The notes under the pieces are model-generated. The model saw only the letters and a program-made list of their open reading frames with translations, was not told the DNA's origin and ran no database searches. A stretch of 64,000 nt of DNA from Actinomycetota bacterium (GTDB taxonomy: Bacteria > Actinomycetota > CADDZG01 > JAHWKV01): NCBI GenBank assembly GCA_030447305.1, contig JAUJPC010000001.1, forward strand, positions 114,459-178,458, in the 5' to 3' direction. A program made the position numbers and the translations under genes. Below, in pieces: positions 38,947-50,338 of this stretch (its first letter is position 1; the number at the start of each line of letters is the position of its first letter).

Positions 38947-39513
38947 GTGGCTTTGGGCCGGCTTGAAGTAAGCCATGCGGTTCGTGCCATCTGTCAGGCG
39001 GTGGCCGACCGGCAGGAAGTCGAGCTGGTCGATATCCGCTTCAGGCGCTCCGGCAGGGACGTCACACTCGAGGTTGTCGTCGACCGAGACGGCACTGTGG
39101 ATTTCGATCTGATCACGGACGTCTCCAAGGAGCTGTCGGACGCTCTCGACGAGGACGAGGAGCTCATCGAAGGCAGCTACATCCTGGAGGTTTCCTCGGC
39201 CGGGTTGGAGCGGGCGTTGATGAAACCGGCCGACTACCAGCGGTTCACCGGTCGAGAGATAAAGGTTGTCACCAGGCAGCAGGTGGAGGGAAGAAACCAG
39301 TATCGAGGAGAGATTCTGTCGGCTGGGGACGAGACCTTCAGGCTGGCGGTACAGGGCCGGGGACCGGTTGCAATCCCGTACCAGGTAGTGAAGAAAGCGA
39401 ACCTTTGGGTTGACTGGGCAGAAGAGCTTCGCAAGGCGGAAGAGCACCGAATGGATGGAGGCGACGAGATGCCGCGGCGCCGGAAGAAGAAGTCGTTGGA
39501 AGGAAGAGGATAG
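38947..39513 (+). CDS. rimP: Ribosome maturation factor RimP
   Basis: YILEVSSAGLER; position before nusA. Confidence 0.92.
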   Translation: MALGRLEVSHAVRAICQAVADRQEVELVDIRFRRSGRDVTLEVVVDRDGTVDFDLITDVSKELSDALDEDEELIEGSYILEVSSAGLERALMKPADYQRFTGREIKVVTRQQVEGRNQYRGEILSAGDETFRLAVQGRGPVAIPYQVVKKANLWVDWAEELRKAEEHRMDGGDEMPRRRKKKSLEGRG

Positions 39514-40596
39514 ATGAATCCGATCGATATGGACGCTCTCCGTCTGGTTGAACGCGAGAAGGGCATCGCGTTCGAAAGCGTGGTTGTAGCTCTCGAACAG
39601 GCTCTCGCGGCCGCTTACAAGCGATCTCCAGAAGCTGCCGCACCCGAGGCGAGGGTGGAAATCGACCGGCGGTCGGGGGACGTGGTGGTCTACGCCCAGG
39701 AAGTCGAGGAGGTCGAAGAGACCGGCGAGTTCAATGTAGTCAAAGAGTGGGAGGCCACGCCACCGGACTTCGGCCGCATCGCCGCTCAGACCGCAAAGCA
39801 GGTGATCCTGCAGAGGATCCGGGAGGCCGAGCGCGAGATCACCTACGGCGAGTATTCGGGCCGGGAGGGTGACATCGTCACCGCCATCGTGCAGCAGGCG
39901 GACCCCAGGTACGTGCTGCTGGACCTGGGCAAGGGCGTCGAGGCCCTGCTGCCCCAGCAGGAACAGGTCCCCGGCGAGCGCTACGACCACGGCTCGCGGG
40001 TCAAGGCGTACATCGTGGAGGTGCGCCGGTCCCCCAAGGGTCCCCAGATCGTCTGCTCCCGTACCCACCCGAACCTCATCCGCAAGCTGTTCGAGCTGGA
40101 GGTCCCGGAGATCGTCGATGGGATCGTTGAGATCAAGCAGGTGGCTCGGGAGCCGGGACACCGGTCGAAGATCGCCGTGGCATCCAACGACCGCAACGTC
40201 GACCCCACCGGCGCCTGCGTGGGACCCCGGGGGTCCCGGGTTCGGATGGTCGTCAACGAGCTGCGGGGTGAGAAGGTGGACATCATCACCTGGTCGGACG
40301 ACATCGGCCAGTTCGTGGCGAACGCGCTTTCTCCGGCCAAGGTCAAAGAGGTCCAGATCAACCCCGAGACCCAGACGGCGGAGGTTACGGTTCCGGACTT
40401 CCAGCTCTCTTTGGCTATTGGCAAGGAGGGACAGAATGCCCGGCTGGCGGCCCGGCTGACCGGCTGGCGGATTGACATCCGCAGCGAGAGCCAGGCAGCC
40501 AGCGAACAAGCGGCCAAGCAAGCAAGCGCCGGGGCCGGATCGCAGAAGGTCGGATCGGCAAACGCCGCGGAGAAGAGCTCGGCGGTTGGCGGTTGA
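39514..40596 (+). CDS. nusA: Transcription factor NusA
   Basis: FGRIAAQTAKQVI, AREPGHRSK, AIGKEGQNARLA. Confidence 0.97.
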   Translation: MNPIDMDALRLVEREKGIAFESVVVALEQALAAAYKRSPEAAAPEARVEIDRRSGDVVVYAQEVEEVEETGEFNVVKEWEATPPDFGRIAAQTAKQVILQRIREAEREITYGEYSGREGDIVTAIVQQADPRYVLLDLGKGVEALLPQQEQVPGERYDHGSRVKAYIVEVRRSPKGPQIVCSRTHPNLIRKLFELEVPEIVDGIVEIKQVAREPGHRSKIAVASNDRNVDPTGACVGPRGSRVRMVVNELRGEKVDIITWSDDIGQFVANALSPAKVKEVQINPETQTAEVTVPDFQLSLAIGKEGQNARLAARLTGWRIDIRSESQAASEQAAKQASAGAGSQKVGSANAAEKSSAVGG

Positions 40597-40873
40597 ACGC
40601 AGTTGCTGCGGATGCCGGACACGCCGGCAAAAGCACCAGCTAGTCCGCTTTGTGACGGTTCCACCGGGACGGGTTGAGCTGGATCCGAAGGGCACCGCGC
40701 AGGGCCGGGGCGGCTACGTTTGTCCGACTGTTTCCTGCATCGACCTGGCCCTAAAGCGCGGTGGACTGGCCAGAACACTTAGAACGGCCCTGACTGCAGA
40801 GCACGCAGCGTCCCTAAGGACGAGGTTCGTGGGATATCTTGGAGTTACCAATGGCAAGCATCAGAGTTCATGA
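40586..40873 (+). CDS. ylxR: YlxR/RnpM-family protein
   Basis: RSCCGC, GRGGYVC; lies between nusA and infB. Confidence 0.85.
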   Translation: MAVERSCCGCRTRRQKHQLVRFVTVPPGRVELDPKGTAQGRGGYVCPTVSCIDLALKRGGLARTLRTALTAEHAASLRTRFVGYLGVTNGKHQSS

Positions 40874-43172
40874 GGTTGCAAAGCGTCTAGGCCTCTCCTC
40901 TAAGGAGACGGTCGAAAAGTTTCTCGCGCTCGGAGTTCCGGTGAAGGGCCATTCCTCCTCGGTTTCCGAAGCCGACGTCACCCGTCTCGTCAGGTCCTTG
41001 AACGGCGACGGAGTCGCCAAGCGGGGTCCTGTCACGCCACCCGTCCGAGCAGACGCCCCCGCATCCTCAGGTTCCTCCTCGCCGCCTCAGCAGCCGCGTG
41101 CCCGGCAATCGCAGTCCGAAGGCGGCAAGAGATCTTCAGATAGGCCGGCAGAACAGGCGCCGAGCCGGGGAGGCAGCCCCACTCAGACGCCGAGCCGGTG
41201 GGAGGCCCGCCAAGGCTCCCAGGGATCAAACCGTCCCGCGGGGTGGCCCGGCGGAAACCGGCCTGATTCGAGGCAGGGGGCTCCCGGCGGCAAGCGGCCA
41301 GCCCGAGGATCTGTGGCAGCCGGACCATCAGGCGGCGATCAAGCTCAATCGGCCGCGCTGGTCCCAGCGGTCCCGGCGCCGCCCCCAGAGGTGCCTTCGG
41401 CAGCTCCGGCATCCGGTGCGGTTCACGTTCCGCACGGCGTTACCGTCGAGGAGTTTGCCGAGAAGCTAGGGCGTTCGCCGGGCGACATCATCAAGACCCT
41501 GCTGGTGCTTGGCGAGATGAAGACCATCACCCAGTCCCTTTCCGACTCGCTGGTGGAGGTAGTTGCCGAGGAGCTCGGTGTGCCGGTCGAGATCATCTCC
41601 CTGGAGGAGGAGGCCAAGGAGCTCGACGGCGAGGTCGAGGTGCCCGAAGATCCCTCCACCCTGATCCCGAGAGCCCCCATCGTCACCGTCATGGGCCACG
41701 TCGACCACGGCAAGAGCTCAATTTTGCAGCAGTTCCGTAAGAAGGAGATGCTGTCGCTCGAGGCCGGCGGAATCACGCAGGCCATCGGCGCCTATCAGGT
41801 CCACACGCCCGACGGAAGGACGGTGACTTTCATCGACACTCCGGGTCACGAGGCGTTCACGCAGATGCGGGCCCGGGGCGCACAGGTCACGGATGTCGCC
41901 ATCCTGGTGGTGGCGGCCGACGACGGCGTCCAGCCTCAAACGGTGGAGGCGATGGACCACGCCAAGGCCGCATCTGTGCCGATCATCGTGGCGGTCAACA
42001 AGATCGACAAGCCCGAGGCCGACCCCATCCGCGCCCGCCAGCAGCTTGCCGAGCACGGCCTCAGTCCTGAGGAGTGGGGCGGCGATACCGTGTTCGTGGA
42101 CGTGTCGGCCAAGCGGGGCACCAACCTGGACGACCTGCTCGAGATGATTCACCTAGTCACCGACATGCAGGAGCTGAAGGCCAACCCGAACGCCACCGCC
42201 CGAGGCGTCATCATCGAGGCCCACCTCGACAAGGGCCGGGGCCCGGTGGCGACACTCATCGTGCAGAAGGGAACCCTCAGAGTCGGAGACCCGGTTGTGA
42301 GCAGCGGCGCCTGGTGCAAGGTGCGTGCTCTGACCGACGAGGCGGGCCACAACGTCAAGAAGGCCGGGCCGTCACAGCCGGTCCTTGTCACCGGTTGGTC
42401 CAAGGTCCCGGAAGCCGGCGACGAGTTCCGGGTGGTCGGCGACGACCGGGAGGCCAAGCGCGTGGCCCAGGAGCGCGAGGGCAAGCTGCGCCAGGCCGAG
42501 TTCGCCGAGGGTGGGAAGGCCATGAGCCTGGAGGACCTGCTCTCCAAGGCCAGGACCGGCGACATCCCCGAGCTGAAGCTGATCGTAAAGGCCAACTCGC
42601 AGGGTGCCATTGAGGCGCTGGGCGAGTCCATCGACAAGCTGGACCAGTCCCTGGTGCGTACCGTAATCCAGCGCAAGGCGGTGGGTGCCATAAACGAGAA
42701 CGACATCTGGATGGCCAAGGCCTCCGGCGCCATCGTGGTGGGCTTCGCAGTCCGTCCCGATGCGGGCGCCCGGCAGCTGGCGGAGAAAGAAGGCGTCGAC
42801 GTCCGGCTCTACGAGGTCATCTACCAGTTGCTCGACGACATCACCAAGGCCACCCGCGGGCTGCTTGCTCCACTTGAGGAGGAGGTCGTCATCGGGTCGG
42901 CCGAGGTCAGGGACACCTTCCGCACCCCCAGGGCAGTGGTTGCCGGTTGCTACGTCACCGAGGGCCGGATCGTCCGCAACTCGAAAGCACGCCTGTTGCG
43001 CGATGGGAGGGTCATCCACACCGGCGAGGTCTCGAGCCTCCGGCGGTTCAAGGACGACGTTCGTGAGGTCACCTTCGGTTACGAGTGCGGCATCACGATC
43101 GCGGGCTACAACGACATCAAGCTTGGCGATGTCATCGAGGCTTACGAGATCCGCGAGGTTGCCCGCACTTAG
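40851..43172 (+). CDS. infB: Translation initiation factor IF-2
   Basis: [29 protein letters not shown]. Confidence 0.97.
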   Translation: MASIRVHEVAKRLGLSSKETVEKFLALGVPVKGHSSSVSEADVTRLVRSLNGDGVAKRGPVTPPVRADAPASSGSSSPPQQPRARQSQSEGGKRSSDRPAEQAPSRGGSPTQTPSRWEARQGSQGSNRPAGWPGGNRPDSRQGAPGGKRPARGSVAAGPSGGDQAQSAALVPAVPAPPPEVPSAAPASGAVHVPHGVTVEEFAEKLGRSPGDIIKTLLVLGEMKTITQSLSDSLVEVVAEELGVPVEIISLEEEAKELDGEVEVPEDPSTLIPRAPIVTVMGHVDHGKSSILQQFRKKEMLSLEAGGITQAIGAYQVHTPDGRTVTFIDTPGHEAFTQMRARGAQVTDVAILVVAADDGVQPQTVEAMDHAKAASVPIIVAVNKIDKPEADPIRARQQLAEHGLSPEEWGGDTVFVDVSAKRGTNLDDLLEMIHLVTDMQELKANPNATARGVIIEAHLDKGRGPVATLIVQKGTLRVGDPVVSSGAWCKVRALTDEAGHNVKKAGPSQPVLVTGWSKVPEAGDEFRVVGDDREAKRVAQEREGKLRQAEFAEGGKAMSLEDLLSKARTGDIPELKLIVKANSQGAIEALGESIDKLDQSLVRTVIQRKAVGAINENDIWMAKASGAIVVGFAVRPDAGARQLAEKEGVDVRLYEVIYQLLDDITKATRGLLAPLEEEVVIGSAEVRDTFRTPRAVVAGCYVTEGRIVRNSKARLLRDGRVIHTGEVSSLRRFKDDVREVTFGYECGITIAGYNDIKLGDVIEAYEIREVART

Positions 43173-43183
43173 TGCGCTAGAAG

Positions 43184-43477
43184 ATGTTTGTGGGCGTTGG
43201 CAGGTTCGATTTCCTCGTTCCCGGGTCCACTTCACTGAAGGAAAAGCGAAGGGTTGTTTCAAGCATGATCGGAACCCTCAGCTCCAGGTTCAACGTGGCG
43301 GTCGCCGAGGTCGAGCACCAGGATCTACGGCAGCGAGGGACGCTGGGGGTCTCGTGCGTGTCCAACTCGTCGTTTCACGCTCAGAGGATGCTCCACGAGG
43401 TGGAGAGGTTCGTCCGCAGCCGCTACGAGATAGAGATCGTGGATGTTGATATCGAGGTGATGGCCCCGGATGCCTAG
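43184..43477 (+). CDS. DUF503 protein
   Basis: SLKEKR, FNVAVAEV..QD. Confidence 0.88.
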   Translation: MFVGVGRFDFLVPGSTSLKEKRRVVSSMIGTLSSRFNVAVAEVEHQDLRQRGTLGVSCVSNSSFHAQRMLHEVERFVRSRYEIEIVDVDIEVMAPDA

Positions 43478-43874
43478 GAACTACCCTCGCTCGAACCGGG
43501 TTGAGGAGCTGGCACGGGAGGTGCTGAGCGAGGCGGTTCTGGAGCTCAAGGACCCACGTGTGGGGTTTGTCACCGTGACCGCGGTGAAGATCGCAAAGGA
43601 TCTCCGGATGGCGCAGGTTTACGTCAGTGCAATGGGCACCGATGAGGAGCGCGAGAAGACCATTGCAGGCCTGAAGCACGCCAAGCCGCACCTCAGGTCA
43701 ATCCTCGGCCGGGAGATGAGGCTGCGCCGGCTGCCCGATATCGAGATAGTGGAGGACCTAACCGCCCAGACTTCGCAGCGGCTCGAGGAGCTGTTGAGGG
43801 GCCTCGGCGTGTCGAAAGCGCCCGACGCGGAGGCTCTTGCCGACTCAGAGTCCGATGAGGGGCGCGGGCCATGA
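43470..43874 (+). CDS. rbfA: Ribosome-binding factor A
   Basis: KDPRVGFVTVT, LRRLP. Confidence 0.94.
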   Translation: MPRNYPRSNRVEELAREVLSEAVLELKDPRVGFVTVTAVKIAKDLRMAQVYVSAMGTDEEREKTIAGLKHAKPHLRSILGREMRLRRLPDIEIVEDLTAQTSQRLEELLRGLGVSKAPDAEALADSESDEGRGP

Positions 43875-44845
43875 TTCCGCGAGAGGAGTGGATCCGGGCC
43901 TCCTCGGCGCTCGAGGGGTCAAAGGAGGTGGCCATCTGCTGCCACGTGTCTCCCGACGGTGACGCCTTCGGGTCGATGCTCGGGCTCGGCTTGTTCCTCG
44001 AGGGCCTCGGCAAGAAAGTCTGGATGAGCTGGGGGAGCCCCGAGGCGGCGATCCCGGACAACTACGCATTTCTGCCCGGAGTGGACCGGATCGTCTCGCA
44101 CGACCGGGTCCCCGATGCAGTGGAAACCTTTGTGGCCATCGATTGCGGCGATCTGCGGCGCCTGGACCTTTTGGTGCCGAAGTTCCTGGCGGCCGGCATT
44201 AAGGTCAACATCGACCATCACGTCTCTAACACCGACTACGGCGACATCAACCTGGTTGACCACACCAGAGCCTCCTCGGCGGAGCTAGCGTTCGAGCTCA
44301 TCCAGAGGATGGGGGGAAAGGCCACGCCCGAGGTTGCGACGGCCCTCTACACCGGTGTGGTAACGGACACCGGGCGGTTTCAGTACTCGAACACCTCGCC
44401 GGCGACCCTGCAGGCGGCCGCCGCACTTCGGGAGGCCGGCGCCGACCACCTCACTGTGGCGGAGCAGATCTTCGAGTCGGCGCCGTTCGAGCAGCTGCGG
44501 ATACTCGGCAAGGTTCTCAGCCGGGCGAAGCTGGAGGACGGCGTCGTCTACAGCTGGCTGGAGCTGGAGGACCTGGACGGCCAGGGCCTGGAGATTGCGG
44601 AGGACTTCATCGACTTCCTCAAGGTTGTGAAGGAAGCCAGCGTCGCCCTTCTTTTGAAACAGAGGCCGGAGGGCGGCTGGAGAGTATCGCTGCGGTCCCG
44701 CGACGACACGGATGTCTCAGCGGTCGCTCAGTCCTTCGGAGGAGGCGGGCACAGCAAAGCTGCCGGGTTCAGCTTCAGCGGCGGGCTGCAGGAGGCCATC
44801 TCGTTGGTGCTCGAGCGCCTCTCGAAGGCGCCGTCCACCCCGTGA
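43871..44845 (+). CDS. nrnA: DHH/DHHA1 phosphoesterase (NrnA-like)
   Basis: HVSPDGDA, IDHH, TDTGRF, GGGGH. Confidence 0.9.
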   Translation: MIPREEWIRASSALEGSKEVAICCHVSPDGDAFGSMLGLGLFLEGLGKKVWMSWGSPEAAIPDNYAFLPGVDRIVSHDRVPDAVETFVAIDCGDLRRLDLLVPKFLAAGIKVNIDHHVSNTDYGDINLVDHTRASSAELAFELIQRMGGKATPEVATALYTGVVTDTGRFQYSNTSPATLQAAAALREAGADHLTVAEQIFESAPFEQLRILGKVLSRAKLEDGVVYSWLELEDLDGQGLEIAEDFIDFLKVVKEASVALLLKQRPEGGWRVSLRSRDDTDVSAVAQSFGGGGHSKAAGFSFSGGLQEAISLVLERLSKAPSTP

Positions 44846-45807
44846 CCGGCCCGGCGGCGGTCTCCGGGCTGCTGGTGGTGGACAAGCCAGCCGGATGTAC
44901 CTCACACGACATCGTCAACCGCCTGAGAAGGGTGTTCGGCACCACCAAGGTGGGGCATGCAGGGACTCTGGACCCGGCGGCGACCGGAGTTCTGATTGCC
45001 GGCATCGGCAAGGCCACCAGACTCCTGGCTTTCCTGCAGGGCACGGCCAAGGAGTACCGGGCCGAGGTCCGTTTTGGCGTTACGACCACCACTTTGGACG
45101 CCGAGGGCGAGATCCTGTTCGAGACCCCCTGCCGGCTGGACATCGAGCTGGTCCGGGCGGCTGCCGAGACGTTCGTCGGTGAGATCAGCCAGGTTCCGCC
45201 GATGGTGTCCGCGGTGAAGATCGCCGGGGAGCCGCTGTACAAGGCGGCTCGAAGGGGAGAAGAGGTCGAAAGGGAGCCCCGTACCGTGCGCATCTACGCA
45301 CTGGAGGTCTGCAGCTTCGACCCCGCTACCCAGTCGGCCACCCTCGATGTGAAGTGCTCCGGCGGCACCTACATTCGCACCCTGGCCGCCGACCTCGGCG
45401 AGTCCCTGGGTTCCGGCGCCCATCTTTCGGCGCTCCGCCGGCTGTCGGTCGGCTCGTTCAAGGAGTCGGAGTCAACTCCGTTGGACGCCCTGGAGAGGAT
45501 GGACCGGGCGGAGGCTGAGGCGAGGGTGCTGCCGATGCGTGAGGCGATGCGTGACTTCCCCCGCCGGACCGTCGACGGAGCCGAGTTGGACGATGTCGCC
45601 CACGGGCGTGAGCTGCCGGCCGGCGAGGCGCCTCGGAGGCTGGGGGAGCTGCCGCTGATGACGATGAAACGCACGGGCGACCGCCCGGCCCACCAGGCCG
45701 GGATGACGGCCGGAATCCCGGTGGGAATTCTGGGGCCGGACGGCGAGCTGATCGCGGTGTACCGGCGGTCGGCAACGGGCCTGAAAGCTGCAGCGGTGCT
45801 GATATGA
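44842..45807 (+). CDS. truB: tRNA pseudouridine(55) synthase
   Basis: GHAGTLDP, CSGGTYIR. Confidence 0.96.
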   Translation: MTGPAAVSGLLVVDKPAGCTSHDIVNRLRRVFGTTKVGHAGTLDPAATGVLIAGIGKATRLLAFLQGTAKEYRAEVRFGVTTTTLDAEGEILFETPCRLDIELVRAAAETFVGEISQVPPMVSAVKIAGEPLYKAARRGEEVEREPRTVRIYALEVCSFDPATQSATLDVKCSGGTYIRTLAADLGESLGSGAHLSALRRLSVGSFKESESTPLDALERMDRAEAEARVLPMREAMRDFPRRTVDGAELDDVAHGRELPAGEAPRRLGELPLMTMKRTGDRPAHQAGMTAGIPVGILGPDGELIAVYRRSATGLKAAAVLI

Positions 45808-46718
45808 GGGTGGTCAGAGGTATCGAGGACTCGCCCGGCGTCCCCACCGCCGTAACGGTCGGCAACTTCTATGCGGTGCACAAGGGCCATCAGTCGCTCA
45901 TACGCAAGGTGAAGCGTCGAGCCGCGGAGCTGGATGCCCTGGCGACTGTGGTGACTTTCGAGCCCCACCCGCAGAAGGTGCTGCGCGGGATCGGACCTCC
46001 GGGTCTTTGCACCCCCGATCGGAAGCTGGAGCTTCTGGAGGAGGCGGGCGTGGAGCAGGTGGTGATCCTGGCGTTTACTCCCGAGCTGTCCCGGGTTGAG
46101 CCGGAGGAGTTCATCGAACGGATCCTGGTCAAAGAGCTGGCGGTGAAGGCCATCGTCGTCGGCTCGGACTTCCGCTTCGGCCGCTACGCCCGGGGCGACG
46201 TCACGATGCTTAAGTCCTTCGGCCGCAGACTGGGCTTCTTCGTTGAGGGAGCCCGGATGGCGGAAGCCGACGGGCAAACCATCTCGAGCACAGCCATCCG
46301 CCATGCGCTGGCCGAAGGAGACGTGAAGTGGGCGGCAAAGGCCCTGGGTCGTCCCTACCGCCTGCCGGGCAAGGTGGTGCACGGGGCCGGGCGGGGCAGG
46401 GGGCTCGGTTTCCCCACCGCCAATCTGAACCCACCGCCCGAGGTCTGCCTTCCCGGCCCCGGCATCTACGCGGGTTACACGCTGAACGCCGGCCGCCGGC
46501 TCCCAAGCGCCATCAGCGTTGGGACGAATCCCACCTTCGGCGAAAACCCGCTGAGCGTCGAAGCGTTCGTCATCGACTTCGAGGGAGACCTCTACGGCCG
46601 GGAGGTTGAGTTCGAGTTCACCGCCCGGCTGCGGGACCACGTTGCATTTCCTAGCGTCGAGGCCCTCAACGAGGCGATCGCTGCCGACGTGGAGGAAGTC
46701 CGGAGGATTCTGATCTAG
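45804..46718 (+). CDS. ribF: Riboflavin kinase/FAD synthetase
   Basis: HKGH, SSTAIR, GFPTAN, GTNPTF. Confidence 0.93.
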   Translation: MRVVRGIEDSPGVPTAVTVGNFYAVHKGHQSLIRKVKRRAAELDALATVVTFEPHPQKVLRGIGPPGLCTPDRKLELLEEAGVEQVVILAFTPELSRVEPEEFIERILVKELAVKAIVVGSDFRFGRYARGDVTMLKSFGRRLGFFVEGARMAEADGQTISSTAIRHALAEGDVKWAAKALGRPYRLPGKVVHGAGRGRGLGFPTANLNPPPEVCLPGPGIYAGYTLNAGRRLPSAISVGTNPTFGENPLSVEAFVIDFEGDLYGREVEFEFTARLRDHVAFPSVEALNEAIAADVEEVRRILI

Positions 46719-46722
46719 GTCT

Positions 46723-47436
46723 CTACCGGATTGAGTGGCTTCCGCCCCGCCTGCCGGTGCTCCGCATGCCCCGGCGCCGGGAGGGCCTGCGGCTTCTCAG
46801 GTACACGAACAGAAGGATCGCACCCGCCACTATGGCGAGGAAGGGAACCAGCGAGCCGTCCTCGCTGGCCGGATCGGCATCCTGCAGCGCCGTGACCAGG
46901 TCTTTGGACGTCGCGGTCGGGGTAGGGGAAGGGCTCTCCGTGGGCGACGGAGAGGGCTCCGGACTGGGAGTAGGTGAAGGCATGAGCTCGGAACTGAGGG
47001 CCCCTGCGTCGGAGGTCGTGCTCGGCCTGGTGGTGCGGGCGCGGGTGCCGGTGCCGGTGGCGGTGCCGGTCCCGGTGGTGGTCGATCTTCGGGTTGTCGT
47101 GGTCCTCCTGGATGGAGGGGGTGGGGGAGCGGGAGGTTGGGGGCGGCCCGAGGAGCCGGGCTGGCCAGCCTGGCTTGTTCCGTCCTCTCCGCCGGAGTTC
47201 TGGCCATCCGCATTGTCACTTCCGTCCTGGCCGGCAACGCCGGGCTGACTTTCTGCGTCGTCAGTGTTGACGTCGGAGTCACCGCCAATACCCTGGCCTT
47301 GTGCTGGACTGCTTTGATTCGGGTCGTCGCAGGTCATGGGAAAGCAGCCTTGTGCAGAGGCAGGACCGGCTTGCGAGAGGCATGCCAGAATTGCCACGGC
47401 CACTAACAGGAGCTTGGGGCCCGCGGAACGCCGCAT
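46723..47436 (-). CDS. Secreted or membrane-anchored low-complexity protein
   Basis: Signal peptide, Pro/Thr/Ser-rich body, C-terminal TM with basic tail. Confidence 0.6.
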   Translation of the reverse strand: MRRSAGPKLLLVAVAILACLSQAGPASAQGCFPMTCDDPNQSSPAQGQGIGGDSDVNTDDAESQPGVAGQDGSDNADGQNSGGEDGTSQAGQPGSSGRPQPPAPPPPPSRRTTTTRRSTTTGTGTATGTGTRARTTRPSTTSDAGALSSELMPSPTPSPEPSPSPTESPSPTPTATSKDLVTALQDADPASEDGSLVPFLAIVAGAILLFVYLRSRRPSRRRGMRSTGRRGGSHSIR

Positions 47437-47598
47437 GCCTGCCAGTCTAGGGCAACCGATTTCCGCCGGTCTATTTTTTCCCGAGATTTCTCGCGAAGCA
47501 GCGGTCGGAAGGCGGCGGGGCCTGCATCTGCTAATATCGAAGCACTACCGGCAGTGCAGGGCATGGTCCCTCGCGTAGCGATCCAGACAGAAGGTTCT

Positions 47599-47868
47599 AT
47601 GGCACTCGACTCCACAGGCAAGACTCGGATCATCGCGGACCATCGCCGGTCCGACACCGACACCGGCTCTCCCGAGGTCCAGGTGGCGATCTTCTCCAAG
47701 CGGATCACCGAGCTGACCGACCATCTGCGGACCCACAAGGCGGATCACTCCTCTCGCCGGGGCCTGTTGCGCCTCGTCGGCCGCCGCAAGAGGCTGCTGG
47801 AATACCTGAAGAAAGAAGATGTCGAAAGATACCGGTCCCTGATCGAGAGCTTGGGACTGCGTCGATAG
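47599..47868 (+). CDS. rpsO: 30S ribosomal protein S15
   Basis: [16 protein letters not shown]. Confidence 0.97.
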   Translation: MALDSTGKTRIIADHRRSDTDTGSPEVQVAIFSKRITELTDHLRTHKADHSSRRGLLRLVGRRKRLLEYLKKEDVERYRSLIESLGLRR

Positions 47869-47960
47869 GACCGCCGTAGAGAAAGAGAAAGAGAGGGCCT
47901 TCTAGAGTCCTGAACGCAACGCACAAGCGTTGCGAAATCGGGAGGAAGGATCACCTACCA

Positions 47961-48016
47961 CCAGTTATCAGTTGCGAGCGCTTAACGTCCGCTGAGCTCT
48001 CACAACTGACAACTGG
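47961..48016 (+). promoter_or_regulatory. Long stem in the pnp leader, probable RNase III processing site
   Basis: CCAGTTATCAGTTG ... CAACTGACAACTGG inverted repeat between rpsO and pnp. Confidence 0.65.
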
Positions 48017-48055
48017 CAAGAAAGGCTCCGCCTCCCGCAATCATGTGGAGGAACA

Positions 48056-50338
48056 ATGAGCGAAATTCATTCCGTCGAACGCAAGATCGGCGAGCCCGTA
48101 GTCAAGTTCGAAACCGGCCGTCTGGCCAAGCTGGCCGACGGCGCAGTCCTCGCCTCCATCGGCGAGACCACAATCACGGTGGCCGTCACCGCAGCCGGCA
48201 GCGTGCGTGAAGGCACCGACTTCTTCCCCCTTACCGTTGACATCGAGGAGCGGATGTACGCGGCAGGCAAGATCCCCGGCGGATTCTTCCGCCGTGAGGG
48301 CAAGGCGTCCGAGAAGGCGACGTTAACCGCCCGCCTGATCGACCGGCCCCTGCGCCCCTGCTTTCCCGAAGGCTTCCGCAACGACGTTCACGTCGTGGCC
48401 ATCGTCAACGGCGTCGACATGGAGAACCCTTACGACGTCCTGGCGATCAACTCCGCATCGGCAGCGCTGATGCTTTCCGGGATCCCCTTCGAGGGGCCGG
48501 TTGGGGCAGTCCGCATCGCCCATCTCAATGGCGACTGGGTCGCCAACCCCTCCTGGGACCAGGGTGAGGAGGCCACCTTTGAGATGGTGGTGGCCGGGCG
48601 CCGCAGCGCCGACGGAGGAGTCGACGTTTTGATGGTCGAGGCCGGCGCCACCGAGATCTCACTCGACCTGGTTGTCGAGGGCGCCGTTGAGATCACCGAG
48701 GAAGTGGTCGCCGGTGGGCTGGAGGCTTCCAAGGAGGGCATCCTGGCGGCCATCGAGCTGCAGGAGGAGCTGGTCGGCAAGGCCGGCAGCAAGGAGCAGC
48801 GCAAGAGGTTCGTCATTGCGACCGACGTGGAGGAGGACGTCTACTCCAAGGTCAAGGCAGCGGCAGAAGCCGACATCGGTAAGGCCATTGCCATCGCCGA
48901 CAAGGAGGACCGCGAGCTGACCCTTGAGGAGATCGGCACCAAGGTCACCGACGACCTGGCGACCGAGTTCGCCGATCGTACCGGAGAGGTGAAGGCGGCC
49001 ATCCGCAAGCTCACCAAGACCCTCATCCGGTCCCGGATCGTCAACGACGGCGTGCGCATCGACGGCCGCGGCCTGACCGACATCCGCGAGATCTCCTGCG
49101 AGGTCGGCCTCATACCGCGGGTTCACGGCACCGGCCTTTTCAACCGGGGCCAGACGCAGGTGCTGTCCACCGTCACGCTGGGCATGCTCAAGATGGAGCA
49201 GCAGCTGGACGACCTGGGCGTGCAGGATCACAAGCGCTACATGCACCACTACAACTTCCCGCCCTTCTCCACCGGTGAAACCGGCTTCATGCGCGGTCCC
49301 AAGCGGCGTGAGATCGGCCACGGCGCACTGGCGGAGCGGGCGCTGCTGCCGGTCATCCCGGACCCGGAGGACTTCCCCTACGCTTTGAGGGTGGTCAGCG
49401 AGGTCATGAGCTCCAACGGCTCCACCTCCATGGCCAGTGTCTGCGCCTCCACCCTGTGCCTCATGGATGCCGGTGCGCCGATCAAGGCCCCGGTGACCGG
49501 AATCGCAATGGGACTGATCAAGGAGGGCGACAAGTTCGTCACCCTCACCGACATCTTGGGGGCCGAGGACGGCTACGGCGACATGGACTTCAAGGTCGCC
49601 GGCACCACAGGCATGATCACTGCCCTGCAGCTGGACACCAAGATCACCGGCATCCCCACTGAAGTCCTGGCTGCCGCCTTGAACCAGGCGCGAGACGCCC
49701 GCCTGTACATCCTGGACAAGATCGCCGAGGTACTTCCGGCGCCCCGCCCCGAGCTCAACCCCAACTCGCCCCGGGTGGTTGCCATCAAGATCCCGGTCGA
49801 CAAGATCGGCGAGGTCATCGGCCCGAAGGGCAAGCGGATCAATGAGATCGTCGCCATCACCGGGGTTCAGATCGACATCGAGGACGACGGCACGGTCCGC
49901 ATCGGAGCGGTCGAGCAGTCGGCAGCCGACGAGGCCCGCCGCATGATCGAAGAGGTCGCCAACCCGAAAATTCCCGAGCCGGGGGAGCGCTTCCAGGGCA
50001 GGGTCGTGAAGATTGTCGACTTCGGCGCCTTCGTGAACCTGACCGGTGGAACGGACGGGCTGGTGCACATCTCGAAGCTGGGCGGCGACATCCGCCTGGC
50101 CCGGGTGGAGGACGTGCTTTCCGAGGGCGACACGCTGGAGGTGGAGGTCACCGAGATCGACTCACGGGGCAAGATCTCGCTCACGCCGGTCAACCTGCCT
50201 CCTCGGGTGGCCGAGCTGCCTGCCGACTACGAGGCCCGCAACCCTCGCCAGCCACGGTCCGGGGGGGACCGCCCCCGCCGTGACGGCGATCGAGACCGCG
50301 GTGGACGGCGCCCGGCAGGACGAGGTTCCCGCTACTGA
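48056..50338 (+). CDS. pnp: Polyribonucleotide nucleotidyltransferase
   Basis: FFPLTVD, HYNFPPFS, SNGSTSMAS, GDMDFK, KH and S1 domains. Confidence 0.98.
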   Translation: MSEIHSVERKIGEPVVKFETGRLAKLADGAVLASIGETTITVAVTAAGSVREGTDFFPLTVDIEERMYAAGKIPGGFFRREGKASEKATLTARLIDRPLRPCFPEGFRNDVHVVAIVNGVDMENPYDVLAINSASAALMLSGIPFEGPVGAVRIAHLNGDWVANPSWDQGEEATFEMVVAGRRSADGGVDVLMVEAGATEISLDLVVEGAVEITEEVVAGGLEASKEGILAAIELQEELVGKAGSKEQRKRFVIATDVEEDVYSKVKAAAEADIGKAIAIADKEDRELTLEEIGTKVTDDLATEFADRTGEVKAAIRKLTKTLIRSRIVNDGVRIDGRGLTDIREISCEVGLIPRVHGTGLFNRGQTQVLSTVTLGMLKMEQQLDDLGVQDHKRYMHHYNFPPFSTGETGFMRGPKRREIGHGALAERALLPVIPDPEDFPYALRVVSEVMSSNGSTSMASVCASTLCLMDAGAPIKAPVTGIAMGLIKEGDKFVTLTDILGAEDGYGDMDFKVAGTTGMITALQLDTKITGIPTEVLAAALNQARDARLYILDKIAEVLPAPRPELNPNSPRVVAIKIPVDKIGEVIGPKGKRINEIVAITGVQIDIEDDGTVRIGAVEQSAADEARRMIEEVANPKIPEPGERFQGRVVKIVDFGAFVNLTGGTDGLVHISKLGGDIRLARVEDVLSEGDTLEVEVTEIDSRGKISLTPVNLPPRVAELPADYEARNPRQPRSGGDRPRRDGDRDRGGRRPAGRGSRY

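Noticed and set aside
38473-40695. 740-aa minus-strand ORF, and similar long ORFs at 48659-50068, 57753-59282 and 45369-46640
   Set aside because: Antisense shadows of well-supported genes in GC-rich DNA
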